A stretch of DNA of 64,000 nucleotides from an uncultured Micavibrio sp. (lineage in GTDB: Bacteria; Pseudomonadota; Alphaproteobacteria; Micavibrionales; UBA2020): NCBI GenBank assembly GCA_964575605.1, contig CAZNRN010000006.1:6849-70848 (forward strand). The letters run 5' to 3'. Shown in pieces: positions 31,039-39,871 of the stretch; within the stretch, counting starts at the first letter, position 1; every line of letters starts with the position of its first letter. The position numbers and the translations under genes are program-made. The notes beneath the pieces were generated by a model. It did no database searches. It was not told where the DNA came from and saw only the letters and a list, made by a program, of their open reading frames with translations.

Positions 31039-31518
31039 TTACTCCGCCAGCGCCGTACCCGAAAGCTGGTACAGCATCCCGTGCTCCCGCTCCGCGCGGG
31101 TTTTCAGCAGGCGCAACACCCCGCAGAGTGTCACCGCGCCTACCGCGTAATCGATTTTATCGACAGTGTCCGTCACCTCGATCATCTCGGCATAGCCGCC
31201 CGGCAGGCAGAAGGGGCAGGTCGGCTGGTAGGCGCTGAGGATGAAATGCGACTGGCTCTCCGCGCCCTGCAGCGGGAACATATAGCCGGTGATGCAGATT
31301 TTCTTGCCCGCCGCCGCCTGCGCCTCGGCGGTAAAGCTGGCTTCGCCGTCCTTGACTTTCGCCGCCGCCAGCACGGGCCAGCTGATGGTATCTTTCACCC
31401 CCGCCGCCGGATGGCTGCGGTTGACAAGGTCGCGCACGCCCAGCACGAAGATCAGGGCCAGGAAAACAACGGGCAGCGCGCCCTTCAGGGTCATGCGGTT
31501 CTTTGCGGGTGCGCTCAT
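31039..31518 (-). CDS. DUF3299-like protein (ZrgD/PA4066-like)
   Basis: N-terminal anchor; ISWPVL, ITGYMFPL, HFILSAYQPTCPFC, VTLCGVL. Confidence 0.72.
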   Translation of the reverse strand: MSAPAKNRMTLKGALPVVFLALIFVLGVRDLVNRSHPAAGVKDTISWPVLAAAKVKDGEASFTAEAQAAAGKKICITGYMFPLQGAESQSHFILSAYQPTCPFCLPGGYAEMIEVTDTVDKIDYAVGAVTLCGVLRLLKTRAEREHGMLYQLSGTALAE

Positions 31519-32090
31519 TTCCCTGCCTCCACCGCGTCCTTCAACCGGTAAAAAGTGCTGTTCTCGCGGTCTTCCACCACCAGTTCCAGCTTGCCTTTCA
31601 GCGTCACGGGGTCGTAGGAGAAAGCGACCGGCTTTTTGTCCGCATGCACCTCCAGCACCAGCGACGGCGCGACGTGGTAATGGAAGGGGCAGCCGACAGG
31701 GAAGGGGCCCAGCAAAAATTCCTTCTGCTTTTCCTCCGCCCCCAGCGGGAACATGAAACCCTTGATGGTCACTTCCTTGCCGTCAAGCGCCTTTACCTCC
31801 TCGGTAAAGCCCGGCTTGAAATACTGGAAGTCATAGCCATCCTTGTCCTTGCCCTCGACGTTCTTTTCCTTCGTCGCGCCAAGCACCCGCCAGTCGAGCG
31901 CGCCTTTTGGCGTGTCGACATAGTTCTTGGCAAGGTCCTTCAGCGACATGTTGCCGCCGCTGAGGTCGATGGTGCCAAGGTCGACCGTGCCGGTCACGGT
32001 CATGGTTTCGTACGTGTACTCCTCCTTTTTCAAGGCGAAGGCCGGCGTGGCGCAGCAAAGCAGCAGTAAGGCAAAAACAACCTGTTTCAT
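31515..32090 (-). CDS. DUF3299-like exported protein (second copy)
   Basis: Signal peptide; LDWRVL, ALDGKEVTIKGFMFPL, EFLLGPFPVGCPFHYH, PVTLKGKL. Confidence 0.8.
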   Translation of the reverse strand: MKQVVFALLLLCCATPAFALKKEEYTYETMTVTGTVDLGTIDLSGGNMSLKDLAKNYVDTPKGALDWRVLGATKEKNVEGKDKDGYDFQYFKPGFTEEVKALDGKEVTIKGFMFPLGAEEKQKEFLLGPFPVGCPFHYHVAPSLVLEVHADKKPVAFSYDPVTLKGKLELVVEDRENSTFYRLKDAVEAGK

Positions 32091-32100
32091 GGGCCCCCCT

Positions 32101-33468
32101 TTACCCTCGTCCCCTGGCCAGCAAGGCCGCAATATCGGTGCGCGCGGCGGACAGCGCGGGCACGACACCCGCGGTGATGCCGACGCCCGCGCCCAGCGCC
32201 AGCAGCAGGGCGTCCAGCGACGAAAGCTGCAGCAGCGTGGCAGGCAGGACGATGCCGCGCAGGCTTTCCACCTGCACCGCGACCGTATAGGCCGCAAGAT
32301 GGCCCAGCACGATCCCGGCGGCCGTCCCCGCCAGCGACAGCGCCGCACCCTCGCACATCACCGTGGCGAAAAGCGCCGCAGGGGAGGCGCCCAGCACGCG
32401 CAGCACGCCAAGGTCATAGCGCCGCGCCGCCAGGCCCGAGGCCAGCGCCGAGAGCAGCATCAGCCCCGACAGCGCGATAAAGCCCAGGCCAAGCACGCCC
32501 AGCACATCGCGGCCCATGCCCATCATCGACGCCAGCCGTGCGACTTCGTAGGCGGGGCTTGCCGCCTGCAGGCCCGATTGCGCGTTGATCTGCCGTGGCA
32601 GGCTCATCACCGCCATGGGGCTCCTCGTCTTCAGCAGCAGCGCGGTGATTTGATGCTCCGGCGCCTCGCCTTCGTCATGATCATGATCGTGGTCTTCATG
32701 CGCATGGTCATCATCGCCGTCGTCATGGTGATGTTCCGCGGCTTCGTCGTGGTCATGGTCTTCATGGTCGTGGTCTTCATGCGCATGCTCGTCGTCGCCA
32801 TCCTCATGATGGTGGCCTTCCGCCTCCTCCTCGCCTTCATCCCCGTCATCATGGTGATGATGGTGGTGATGCAGCTCCTGGACGCTCTTGACCGATGTCA
32901 CGATCAGCCGGTCCAGCACAGTGCCGGTGGGCGCAAGGCGCCCGGTGATTTTATACAGGTGGTCCTTGTGGATATCGGTGCTTTCCGCCGACAACCCGTG
33001 CGCGCCCGCGAAACTGTCGCCGGTGTTCAGACCGGTCGCGGCGCCCGCCACGGCTTCGAAGGGGGCATCGAAAACCTTGCCCTCCGCCAGGCTGCCGCCC
33101 AGCAGGCTGATATATTCCGGCGTCGTGCCCGCAATGCGGAAACCGTGGTAATTGTCGCCCAGCGCCAGCGGGATCGCCTCTTTTACCTGCGGGTTATGCG
33201 CGATTTTATCGGCATCGTCGGCATGGATGTTACCGGTCGGCACATCGGCGTGGTAGATGGTCGACAACACCAGCTGCAGCGGGCTGCCTTTGGCGCCCAC
33301 CACGATGTCGATGCCCTCGGCGTTGCGCGCGAAACCGCGGTTCACCGATTGCGACAGCAGGAAAATGGCGCAGAGCAGCGCCACGCCCGCGGCCGCCGCC
33401 GCAAAGCAGAGGAAGGATTGCATCTTGCGCGTGCGGATGGACGCGATGGAAAGGGAAAGGGGGTTCAT
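32101..33468 (-). CDS. FtsX/MacB-like ABC permease (ZrgC/PA4065-like) with His-rich insert
   Basis: DIVVGAKGSPLQLVLSTIYH..PTGNI, AIPLALGDNYHGFRIAGT, C-terminal RRYDLGVLRVLGA + TM helices. Confidence 0.9.
   Translation of the reverse strand: MNPLSLSIASIRTRKMQSFLCFAAAAAGVALLCAIFLLSQSVNRGFARNAEGIDIVVGAKGSPLQLVLSTIYHADVPTGNIHADDADKIAHNPQVKEAIPLALGDNYHGFRIAGTTPEYISLLGGSLAEGKVFDAPFEAVAGAATGLNTGDSFAGAHGLSAESTDIHKDHLYKITGRLAPTGTVLDRLIVTSVKSVQELHHHHHHHDDGDEGEEEAEGHHHEDGDDEHAHEDHDHEDHDHDEAAEHHHDDGDDDHAHEDHDHDHDEGEAPEHQITALLLKTRSPMAVMSLPRQINAQSGLQAASPAYEVARLASMMGMGRDVLGVLGLGFIALSGLMLLSALASGLAARRYDLGVLRVLGASPAALFATVMCEGAALSLAGTAAGIVLGHLAAYTVAVQVESLRGIVLPATLLQLSSLDALLLALGAGVGITAGVVPALSAARTDIAALLARGRG
32653..32871 (-). 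repeat. His/Asp/Glu-rich coding tract (73 aa) with internal duplication
   Basis: HHHHHHHDDGDEG...HHHEDGDDEHAHEDHDH...HHHDDGDDDHAHEDHDH...EH. Confidence 0.92.
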
Positions 33469-34118
33469 GCGGCCTCGCTTGCCCGCCCGTCAAGGCGGAT
33501 GATGGTGGTGAAGTTTTTGGTGATGCGCGCGTCATGCGTGGCGACGACAAGCGCGGCCCTGGTGTCCTCGGCCTGCTGCGTCAGCAGCCGGATGACGGCC
33601 TCCGCATTGGCGTCGTCGAGCGCCGAGGTCGGCTCGTCCGCCACCAGCACTTTCGGGCGGTTCAGCACCGCGCGGGCGATGGCGCCGCGCTGCTGTTCGC
33701 CCTGGCTCAGGGCATCGGGCCTGCGGTGCGCCTTGGCGCCCAGGCCAAGGCTTTCCAGCAGCGCGTCGATGCGTTTTTCATCCCGCGGCGCGCCCGCCAT
33801 GTCGGCCGCCAGCGCGACATTCTGCCGCAGGCTGAGCGAGGGCAGCAGGTGCAGCGACTGGAATACGAAGCCGAAATTGCGCCCGCGCAATGTGTCGCGC
33901 GCGCGGGGCGGCAGGGCGTAAATATCGCTTCCCTCGAACAGCGCCTTGCCCGCGGCGGGCTGCAGCAGCCCCGCCATCACGGACAGCAAGGTGGTTTTGC
34001 CCGAGCCGGAAGGGCCCAGGATGGCAAGGCGTTCGCCCGCCTTGATCGTCAAATCAGGGAATTCAAGCGACGGCGCCGTGCCGCGCACGACGCGGATCCC
34101 GCGTGTTTCAAGAAGCAT
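33465..34118 (-). CDS. ABC ATP-binding protein (LolD/ZrgB-like)
   Basis: GPSGSGKTTLL, FVFQSLHL, LSQGEQQR, LVADEPT; ATGA overlap with the permease. Confidence 0.93.
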   Translation of the reverse strand: MLLETRGIRVVRGTAPSLEFPDLTIKAGERLAILGPSGSGKTTLLSVMAGLLQPAAGKALFEGSDIYALPPRARDTLRGRNFGFVFQSLHLLPSLSLRQNVALAADMAGAPRDEKRIDALLESLGLGAKAHRRPDALSQGEQQRGAIARAVLNRPKVLVADEPTSALDDANAEAVIRLLTQQAEDTRAALVVATHDARITKNFTTIIRLDGRASEAA

Positions 34119-34164
34119 GGCTGCTCCTCCTTCATATCGTTGCTAAAAAAAAGAAATCGGGGTT

Positions 34165-34482
34165 TTAGCAGACGGAAGGGGGGCCGGTGGAAAGATAGGG
34201 TTTTGCGCTGATGCCGCGCAGGGCGGTGGCGGCTGGCTGCGGGACGGGGACGTCGGGCAGCGGCGCGGCGGGCAGGGCGAGGGGCGCGGGCGCCGCAGCG
34301 GCGGCCAGGGCCTTGCCGGTCTGCGAAATGCCGCAATCGTCCTCGTGCTGGCCATGCGCCAGCTTGCTGAAAAGGTGCAGCGGCGCATGCTGGATCGCAA
34401 TAAACTGCGCCAGCAACAGCAGCGCCGCCAGCGCCAGCGCCGTCAAAATCCGCGATTCACGATGTGCCGCCTGTGTCGACAT
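34165..34482 (-). CDS. DUF2946/CruR-like leader protein (TM helix, His/Cys patch, Pro/Ala linker, C-terminal TGPP)
   Basis: ILTALALAALLLLAQFIAIQH-APLH...HGQHEDDC-Pro/Ala linker-KPYLSTGPPSVC; first gene of the metal-ABC operon. Confidence 0.65.
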   Translation of the reverse strand: MSTQAAHRESRILTALALAALLLLAQFIAIQHAPLHLFSKLAHGQHEDDCGISQTGKALAAAAAPAPLALPAAPLPDVPVPQPAATALRGISAKPYLSTGPPSVC

Positions 34483-34488
34483 GTCGCG

Positions 34489-34518
34489 ACTCTAGGCCTC
34501 CCGGGGCGATAGAGTCAA
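34489..34518 (-). promoter_or_regulatory. sigma70-like promoter giving a probably leaderless transcript, overlapped by a 7-bp inverted repeat
   Basis: Minus strand TTGACT-N18-TAGAGT-N6-ATG(34482); GACTCTA (34488-34494) / TAGAGTC (34510-34516). Confidence 0.5.
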
Positions 34519-34564
34519 GAAAGCCGCCATTTAGCGATTTACTCAAAGGCTACAAGCCTTTACG

Positions 34565-35737
34565 GTGACGCGCATGAAAATGTTTATCGTCATGATGGCC
34601 AGCTTTATGGCCGCGGTTGCCATCTCCATCGATGCCATGCTGCCGGCGCTCGATTATATCGGGCGCGACCTGGGCGTGACCGACCCAAACCACACGCAGT
34701 TTATCCTCGTGCTTATCTTCCTTGGCATGGCGGCGGGGCAGTTGATCTGCGGGCCGCTGTCGGATGCGGAGGGACGTAAAAGGGTTTTGTACGGCGGCCT
34801 CGCGGTTTATGCGGCGGGGGCGGTGGTCAGCCTTTTTGCGACCTCGATGCCGGTGATGCTGGCGGGGCGGCTGTTGCAGGGGTTGGGCGTCTCGGGGCCT
34901 TATGTCAGTGCCGTGGCGATCGTGCGCGACAAGTTCAGCGGCGCGGAAATGGCGCGCGTGATGTCGCTGGTGATGATGATCTTCGTGGCCGTGCCCGCCA
35001 TCGCGCCCGCGCTGGGGCAGGCGATTTTGTTCTATGCCTCGTGGCGTTATATTTTCGGCCTGCTGCTGCTGGTGGCGGTGGGGATGACGGTCTGGGTTTA
35101 CTTCGGGCTTGAAGAAACCTTGCCGCCTGAAAAGCGCATTCCCTTGCGCCTTAAAGACATCGGCGCGGGTTTTCGTGAAGTTTTATCGACGCGCGTGACG
35201 GCGGGATATATGGTCTGCATGGGCCTGGTGTTCGGCGGCTTTATCGGCTACCTGAACTCGACGCGCCAGATTTTCCAGGACATGTTCGGCACAGGGCCGA
35301 TGTTCAGCGCGTACTTCGGCGGCCTCGCGATTATCTTCGGCGCGTCGTCGCTTTTGAATTCGCGCATCGTCAAGAAGTTCGGCATGCGCAAATTGTGCCG
35401 TATGGCGGCGGTCGCTATTGCGGTGACCTCGGCGCTGTACCTTGTCTGGCTGTATACCATGGGGGCGGGGCTCTGGACGTTTGTGCTGTATGTTTCCGTG
35501 CCTTACTTTGCGATGGGGCTGATGTTCGGCAATTTGAATGCGATTGCGATGGAGCCCATGGGGCATATCGCGGGCATTGCCTCGGCGGTGACGGGGGCGG
35601 TGTCGTCCATCATTTCGCTCTGCATCGGCACCACCGTGGGGCAGATGTTCGACGGGACGCTGGTGCCGGTGACGCTGGGTTTTATGGGGGTCAGCCTTGC
35701 ATCGCTCCTGATGATGCGTATTGCGGATAAGAATTGA
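34565..35737 (+). CDS. Bcr/CflA-family MFS drug efflux transporter
   Basis: SIDAMLPAL, GPLSDAEGRKRVL, GRLLQG, AIVRDKFSG.EMARVMS, PAIAPALG; 12 TM helices. Confidence 0.92.
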   Translation: MTRMKMFIVMMASFMAAVAISIDAMLPALDYIGRDLGVTDPNHTQFILVLIFLGMAAGQLICGPLSDAEGRKRVLYGGLAVYAAGAVVSLFATSMPVMLAGRLLQGLGVSGPYVSAVAIVRDKFSGAEMARVMSLVMMIFVAVPAIAPALGQAILFYASWRYIFGLLLLVAVGMTVWVYFGLEETLPPEKRIPLRLKDIGAGFREVLSTRVTAGYMVCMGLVFGGFIGYLNSTRQIFQDMFGTGPMFSAYFGGLAIIFGASSLLNSRIVKKFGMRKLCRMAAVAIAVTSALYLVWLYTMGAGLWTFVLYVSVPYFAMGLMFGNLNAIAMEPMGHIAGIASAVTGAVSSIISLCIGTTVGQMFDGTLVPVTLGFMGVSLASLLMMRIADKN

Positions 35738-35769
35738 CATAATCAAGCAATCGGGCTAGGCTACTTCGC

Positions 35770-36501
35770 ATGTTGAAAGATTATTCCATCGAACCGAAAG
35801 ACGGCAAAAAGCCCGAGTATGTGGTGATTTTCTTCCACGGCCTCGGCTCATGCGGCGCGTCGATGCAGAGCTGGGCGGGAGGCCTGCTGTCGGCGCAGCT
35901 GCCGGAGGCAAAGCTGGTCTTCCCCGACGGCCCGATGGAATGGGGGCAGGACGGGGAGGGGAACAAGTACTATTCATGGTTCCCGATCAAGGACCTCATC
36001 GACGGCGACAAAATTCCCGACAAGGCCGAAATCGGCCGCCGCGCCACGGCTGCGGCGAAAGACATGAACGCCTATATAGATGAAGTGATCAAACGCGAAG
36101 GCATCACGGAAGACCGCGTCATTATTGCAGGTTTTTCAATGGGCGGCACGATGGCGGTCTATACCGCCCTGCAGCGCGATACGCCTGTTGCAGGCGTTTA
36201 CGCGCTCTCCGGCGGCGCGCTCGAGCTTGAAAATATCGGCCCCGTGAAATCGATGCCGCCCATCGGCCTTGTCGCGGGCGGGCTGGAGCAGCAGGATTAT
36301 TCCGGCGCCCCGCATGCGGAGAAAGTGCATAAAGCCTTCGATAAAGCGGGCTTCTTCGCCGACTGCGTGATCGTGCCGGGGCAGAAGCACGAGATCAGCC
36401 CCAAATCGATGGAGCTGCTGGCGGTCTTCACCCGCGCCGTGACGGGCGAGCCTTTCAAGGCGAAGCAGGCCGCGGCACGGAACAAGCCGCCCTCGCCCTA
36501 A
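35770..36501 (+). CDS. Alpha/beta hydrolase (phospholipase/carboxylesterase family)
   Basis: VIFFHGLG, VFPDGP, SWF, GFSMGG nucleophile elbow, His in GQKHEIS. Confidence 0.85.
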   Translation: MLKDYSIEPKDGKKPEYVVIFFHGLGSCGASMQSWAGGLLSAQLPEAKLVFPDGPMEWGQDGEGNKYYSWFPIKDLIDGDKIPDKAEIGRRATAAAKDMNAYIDEVIKREGITEDRVIIAGFSMGGTMAVYTALQRDTPVAGVYALSGGALELENIGPVKSMPPIGLVAGGLEQQDYSGAPHAEKVHKAFDKAGFFADCVIVPGQKHEISPKSMELLAVFTRAVTGEPFKAKQAAARNKPPSP

Positions 36502-36764
36502 TCCCGATCCCGCCTTGACCCGCCCTGAAATCGCGTTATGTAAACTAAATACTGCCATAATCTCGCATTATGGTAAATTTTTAGAACGCGCAGAAAATGC
36601 GGTGCCGCAACAATCAGGGAACAAGCTTGCGGCTCAAGGGCAAAATCAATCCATAAATTCCAAAATTATGGAATTAAAACAGAGATTTATTCTTGAAAGC
36701 CCGTATTATTTGTTATTCTCTACTGGGGATTAGCGAAGTGTTAACGAATAAATGGGGTAAACTC

Positions 36765-37379
36765 ATGAAACGCTTTATCGACCCGGCCGCGCTTATGGCC
36801 GCGAACAGCAATGCCGCCGAACAGTTCCAGTCCGACCGCCGCGGCTTCCTGAAGGGCGGCGCCATCGCGCTGGCCGCTTTGGGCTTCTGGACACCTGATC
36901 TCGCTTTCGCCTCCGCCCCCGCCAGCATGGCGATCAAGGGCCGCGAGATGAAGCTTGTCAACGCCCATACCGGCGAGAAATTCACCGGCGAATACTGGTA
37001 CAACGGCAAATACCTGCCGGACGCTTTCGGCGAGATCAAATCCGTCATGAAAGACCACCGCACGGGCGAGCGCTATCCCATCGACCCGCGCCTGATGGAC
37101 ATCATGTATGTGATGCAGCACCGCCTCGGCAACTACACGCCGTTTGAAGTGTTCTCGGGCTACCGTTCCGAAAAAACCAACGCCAAGCTGCGCAAGGGCA
37201 GCCACGGCGTCGCGCGCCACAGCCTGCACATGACCGGCCAGGCCTGCGACCTCAACCTGCCCGGCACGAGCCTGTCGTCGGTGCGCAACGCGGCGATCAA
37301 GCTGAATTCTGGCGGCGTCGGCTATTACGCACGCTCCAACTTCGTGCACGTCGATACCGGACGTGTCCGCCACTGGTAA
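36765..37379 (+). CDS. YcbK/DUF882 (peptidase M15, MepK-like) Tat-exported peptidoglycan endopeptidase
   Basis: DRRGFLK Tat motif, NAHTGE, IDPRLMD, SGYRS.KTN, SLHMTGQACD, GGVGYY..SNFVHVDTG.VRHW. Confidence 0.9.
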   Translation: MKRFIDPAALMAANSNAAEQFQSDRRGFLKGGAIALAALGFWTPDLAFASAPASMAIKGREMKLVNAHTGEKFTGEYWYNGKYLPDAFGEIKSVMKDHRTGERYPIDPRLMDIMYVMQHRLGNYTPFEVFSGYRSEKTNAKLRKGSHGVARHSLHMTGQACDLNLPGTSLSSVRNAAIKLNSGGVGYYARSNFVHVDTGRVRHW

Positions 37380-37393
37380 GAAGATAGCGATTT

Positions 37394-37425
37394 AAAAAAG
37401 CCCGGCAGCAATGCCGGGCTTTTTT
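37394..37425. terminator. Bidirectional Rho-independent terminator
   Basis: aaaaaagcccggca-gcaa-tgccgggctttttt between convergent genes. Confidence 0.92.
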
Positions 37426-37450
37426 ATTAATCCAGCCTGTCGCGCAAGCG

Positions 37451-38605
37451 TCAATCAAGCGTCTGCCGGTACCGCTTCATCGCGATAAAGGTAATCACCA
37501 CCATAAACGCCAGCTGCGGCCAGAGGTGCGGCCATATCTGGATAAGGTCATTGCCCTTCAGCAATATGCCGCGCGAGATATTGATGAAATGCGTGGCCGG
37601 CAGCATATTGCCGATCCACTGCGCCCATTCCGGCATGCCGCGGAAGGGGAAGATAAAGCCAGAGAGCATGAAGGACGGCATCATCATCATCATCGAGGCC
37701 TGCAGCGCCTGCGCCTGGTTCTGCGCCGCCGCGGATAAGGTAAAGCCCAGCGCCATGTTGCAGGTGATGAACACGAACAACGCACCCGACAATAACCACA
37801 AGCTGCCCAATATCGGGATCGCGAACAGCAGTTTCGCCACCACCACGACGATAAAGGCCTGGATGTAGCCGATGATGACATAGGGCGCGATCTTGCCGAT
37901 CATCACCTCCAGCGGGCGGCAGGGCATGGCCAGCAGGTTTTCCATCGACCCGCGCTCGCGCTCCTTCGTCATCGTCATCGCCGTCATCATGATGCCCGTC
38001 ATGGTCAGCAGGATGGCAATCAGCCCGGGCACGATGTTGTAGCGCGTGAAGCCTTCCGGGTTGTACATGCGCTGCAAAATCACCTCGACCGGCGGGGCGG
38101 ATTGCTTCAGGTCTTCCGTCGCGCCCCTTAATTCCTGCCGCGCCACGCGGTCGATCGCGCCCGAGAGCGACGCCAGCGCGCCCGAGGTCGCGACAGGGTC
38201 GGTCGCGTCGGCCTGCACCAGAATCTTCGGCCTGTCGCCGCGCACCAGATCGCGGCCGAAATTTTCAGGTATGGTGATGATGAACTGCGCCCGCCCCGAA
38301 TGCACAAGGTCCATCGCCTCGGCCTCCGTCCGGGGTTCATAGGCGATGTGGAAATACGAGGTATTGTTCAGCCCCGCCACCACGCTGCGCGCGAAACTGC
38401 CGTGGTCCTGCACCAGCATCGCGGCGGGCAGGTGGCGTGGGTCGTTGTTCAGCGCATAGCCGAACAGCAGCAATTGCATCAAAGGCAGGACAACAATCAT
38501 GCGCAGCGTCATCCGGTCGCGCCGCAGCTGCGTGAATTCTTTCTTCAACACCGCATAGGTGCGGCGGAAGGAAAAGCGTTCGGCAGAGCCTTCGGGTTTA
38601 GGCAT
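37451..38605 (-). CDS. ABC-2 type permease (YbhS/YbhR-like)
   Basis: KEFTQLRRDR, QLLLFGYA, YNP, KERERGSMENLL..P, PSFMLSGFIFP. Confidence 0.92.
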   Translation of the reverse strand: MPKPEGSAERFSFRRTYAVLKKEFTQLRRDRMTLRMIVVLPLMQLLLFGYALNNDPRHLPAAMLVQDHGSFARSVVAGLNNTSYFHIAYEPRTEAEAMDLVHSGRAQFIITIPENFGRDLVRGDRPKILVQADATDPVATSGALASLSGAIDRVARQELRGATEDLKQSAPPVEVILQRMYNPEGFTRYNIVPGLIAILLTMTGIMMTAMTMTKERERGSMENLLAMPCRPLEVMIGKIAPYVIIGYIQAFIVVVVAKLLFAIPILGSLWLLSGALFVFITCNMALGFTLSAAAQNQAQALQASMMMMMPSFMLSGFIFPFRGMPEWAQWIGNMLPATHFINISRGILLKGNDLIQIWPHLWPQLAFMVVITFIAMKRYRQTLD

Positions 38606-38629
38606 TTAACACCCACCTTTCCCCAAGCG

Positions 38630-38735
38630 CCACCCCGCCGACGGGCGGGGTCCGGTGCGGCCGACAGGCCGCCTTAATGGCTGCCGTAAAAACGCAGCTG
38701 CGCTGCGTACCGGACCCCGCCCGTCGGCGGGGTGG
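38630..38735. repeat. REP/REPIN-like palindromic element, copy 1 (106 bp)
   Basis: Perfect 27-bp terminal inverted repeats (38630-38656 / 38709-38735), each itself an 8-bp hairpin. Confidence 0.88.
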
Positions 38736-38769
38736 TGTGTGAGGGGAGAGTGTGCGCAAAGGCCGAAAT

Positions 38770-39711
38770 TCACTTCCCGCCCTCCCCGACAAACGCATCC
38801 TTAGACCCCGCCATGTAATGGATGAACACATCCTCGAACGACGGCTCCGAGCGTTTCCACTGCATGTCGGCCTGCGCCATATAGGGCTGCAGCGCGGCCT
38901 CCAGCTTCGCTTCGTCCACGCCGCTCACGTGCAAACTGTCGCCGAACGGCGCGACGGTGGCGATCGCCGGGTCGTGTTCCAGTTTTTTCGCCAGCTCCAT
39001 CAGGCGCGGGCCTTTCACCACCCAGGTGTGCAGCCCTGCGCCCGACAGCACTTCCTTGATGGTGCCCTGCGTCACCAGCTTGCCGTAGGACATGTAAATG
39101 ATGGCGTGGCAGCGTTCGGCCTCGTCCATGTAATGCGTGCTGACCAGCACGGTAATCCCGCGCGCGGCCAGATGGTGGATCTCGTCCCAGAATTCGCGCC
39201 GCGCCTTGGGGTCGACGCCCGCGGTGGGTTCGTCCAGCAGCAGTAATTCCGGTTCGTGCAGGATGGATGCCGCAAGCGCAAGGCGCTGCTTCCACCCGCC
39301 CGACAACTGCCCCGCCAGCTGTTTCTGGCGGTTGGTCAGGCCAAGGCCGGCCAGCGTGTCGTCGACGCGCTGCTTGATGTTATCGAGGCCATACATCTCC
39401 GCCACGAAATTCAGGTTCTCGCGGATGCTGAGGTCCTCCCAATAGCTGAATTTCTGCGTCATGTAGCCGATGCGGCGCTTGATGGCCGCCGACTGCGTGC
39501 GGATATCGAAGCCGAGGCAGGTGCCTTCGCCCGCATCCGGCGTCAGAAGCCCGCAAATCATCCGCATCGTGGTCGTCTTGCCGGAACCGTTCGGCCCCAG
39601 GAACCCGTAAATCTTCCCCTTCGGCACGCGGATATCCACGCCGTCGACGGCCTTCTTGCCGTTGAAGGATTTTTTAAGGCCGCGGACGTCGATGGCGAAT
39701 TCTTCTGTCAT
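38770..39711 (-). CDS. ABC ATP-binding protein (YbhF/CcmA-like)
   Basis: GPNGSGKTT, YMTQKFS, LSGGWKQRL, LLDEPTAGVDP, VSTHYMDEAERC. Confidence 0.95.
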   Translation of the reverse strand: MTEEFAIDVRGLKKSFNGKKAVDGVDIRVPKGKIYGFLGPNGSGKTTTMRMICGLLTPDAGEGTCLGFDIRTQSAAIKRRIGYMTQKFSYWEDLSIRENLNFVAEMYGLDNIKQRVDDTLAGLGLTNRQKQLAGQLSGGWKQRLALAASILHEPELLLLDEPTAGVDPKARREFWDEIHHLAARGITVLVSTHYMDEAERCHAIIYMSYGKLVTQGTIKEVLSGAGLHTWVVKGPRLMELAKKLEHDPAIATVAPFGDSLHVSGVDEAKLEAALQPYMAQADMQWKRSEPSFEDVFIHYMAGSKDAFVGEGGK

Positions 39712-39732
39712 GTGCAATTCTTGCCATCAATA

Positions 39733-39838
39733 CCACCCCGCCGACGGGCGGGGTCCGGTACGCAGCGCAGCTGCGTTTTTTCGTCAGCCATTAAGGCGGC
39801 CTTTCGGCCGCACCGGATGCCGCCCGTCGGCGGCATGG
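39733..39838. repeat. REP/REPIN-like palindromic element, copy 2 (inverted relative to copy 1)
   Basis: 99/106 positions identical to the reverse complement of 38630-38735 by manual alignment. Confidence 0.88.
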
Positions 39839-39871
39839 CGCAGGGTGAGAGTGATGTGCTCAAAGCCACAC

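Noticed and set aside
34488-34516. MerR-family (ZntR/CueR) operator
   Set aside because: The spacer is 18 bp, and the dyad arms coincide with the -35/-10 hexamers instead of lying within a 19-20-bp spacer; no MerR gene nearby
34565-35737. G-rich wobble positions in the MFS gene, suggesting a replichore switch or foreign origin
   Set aside because: May be explained by Gly/Ala/Val-rich TM content; cannot be established without a computed skew or codon analysis
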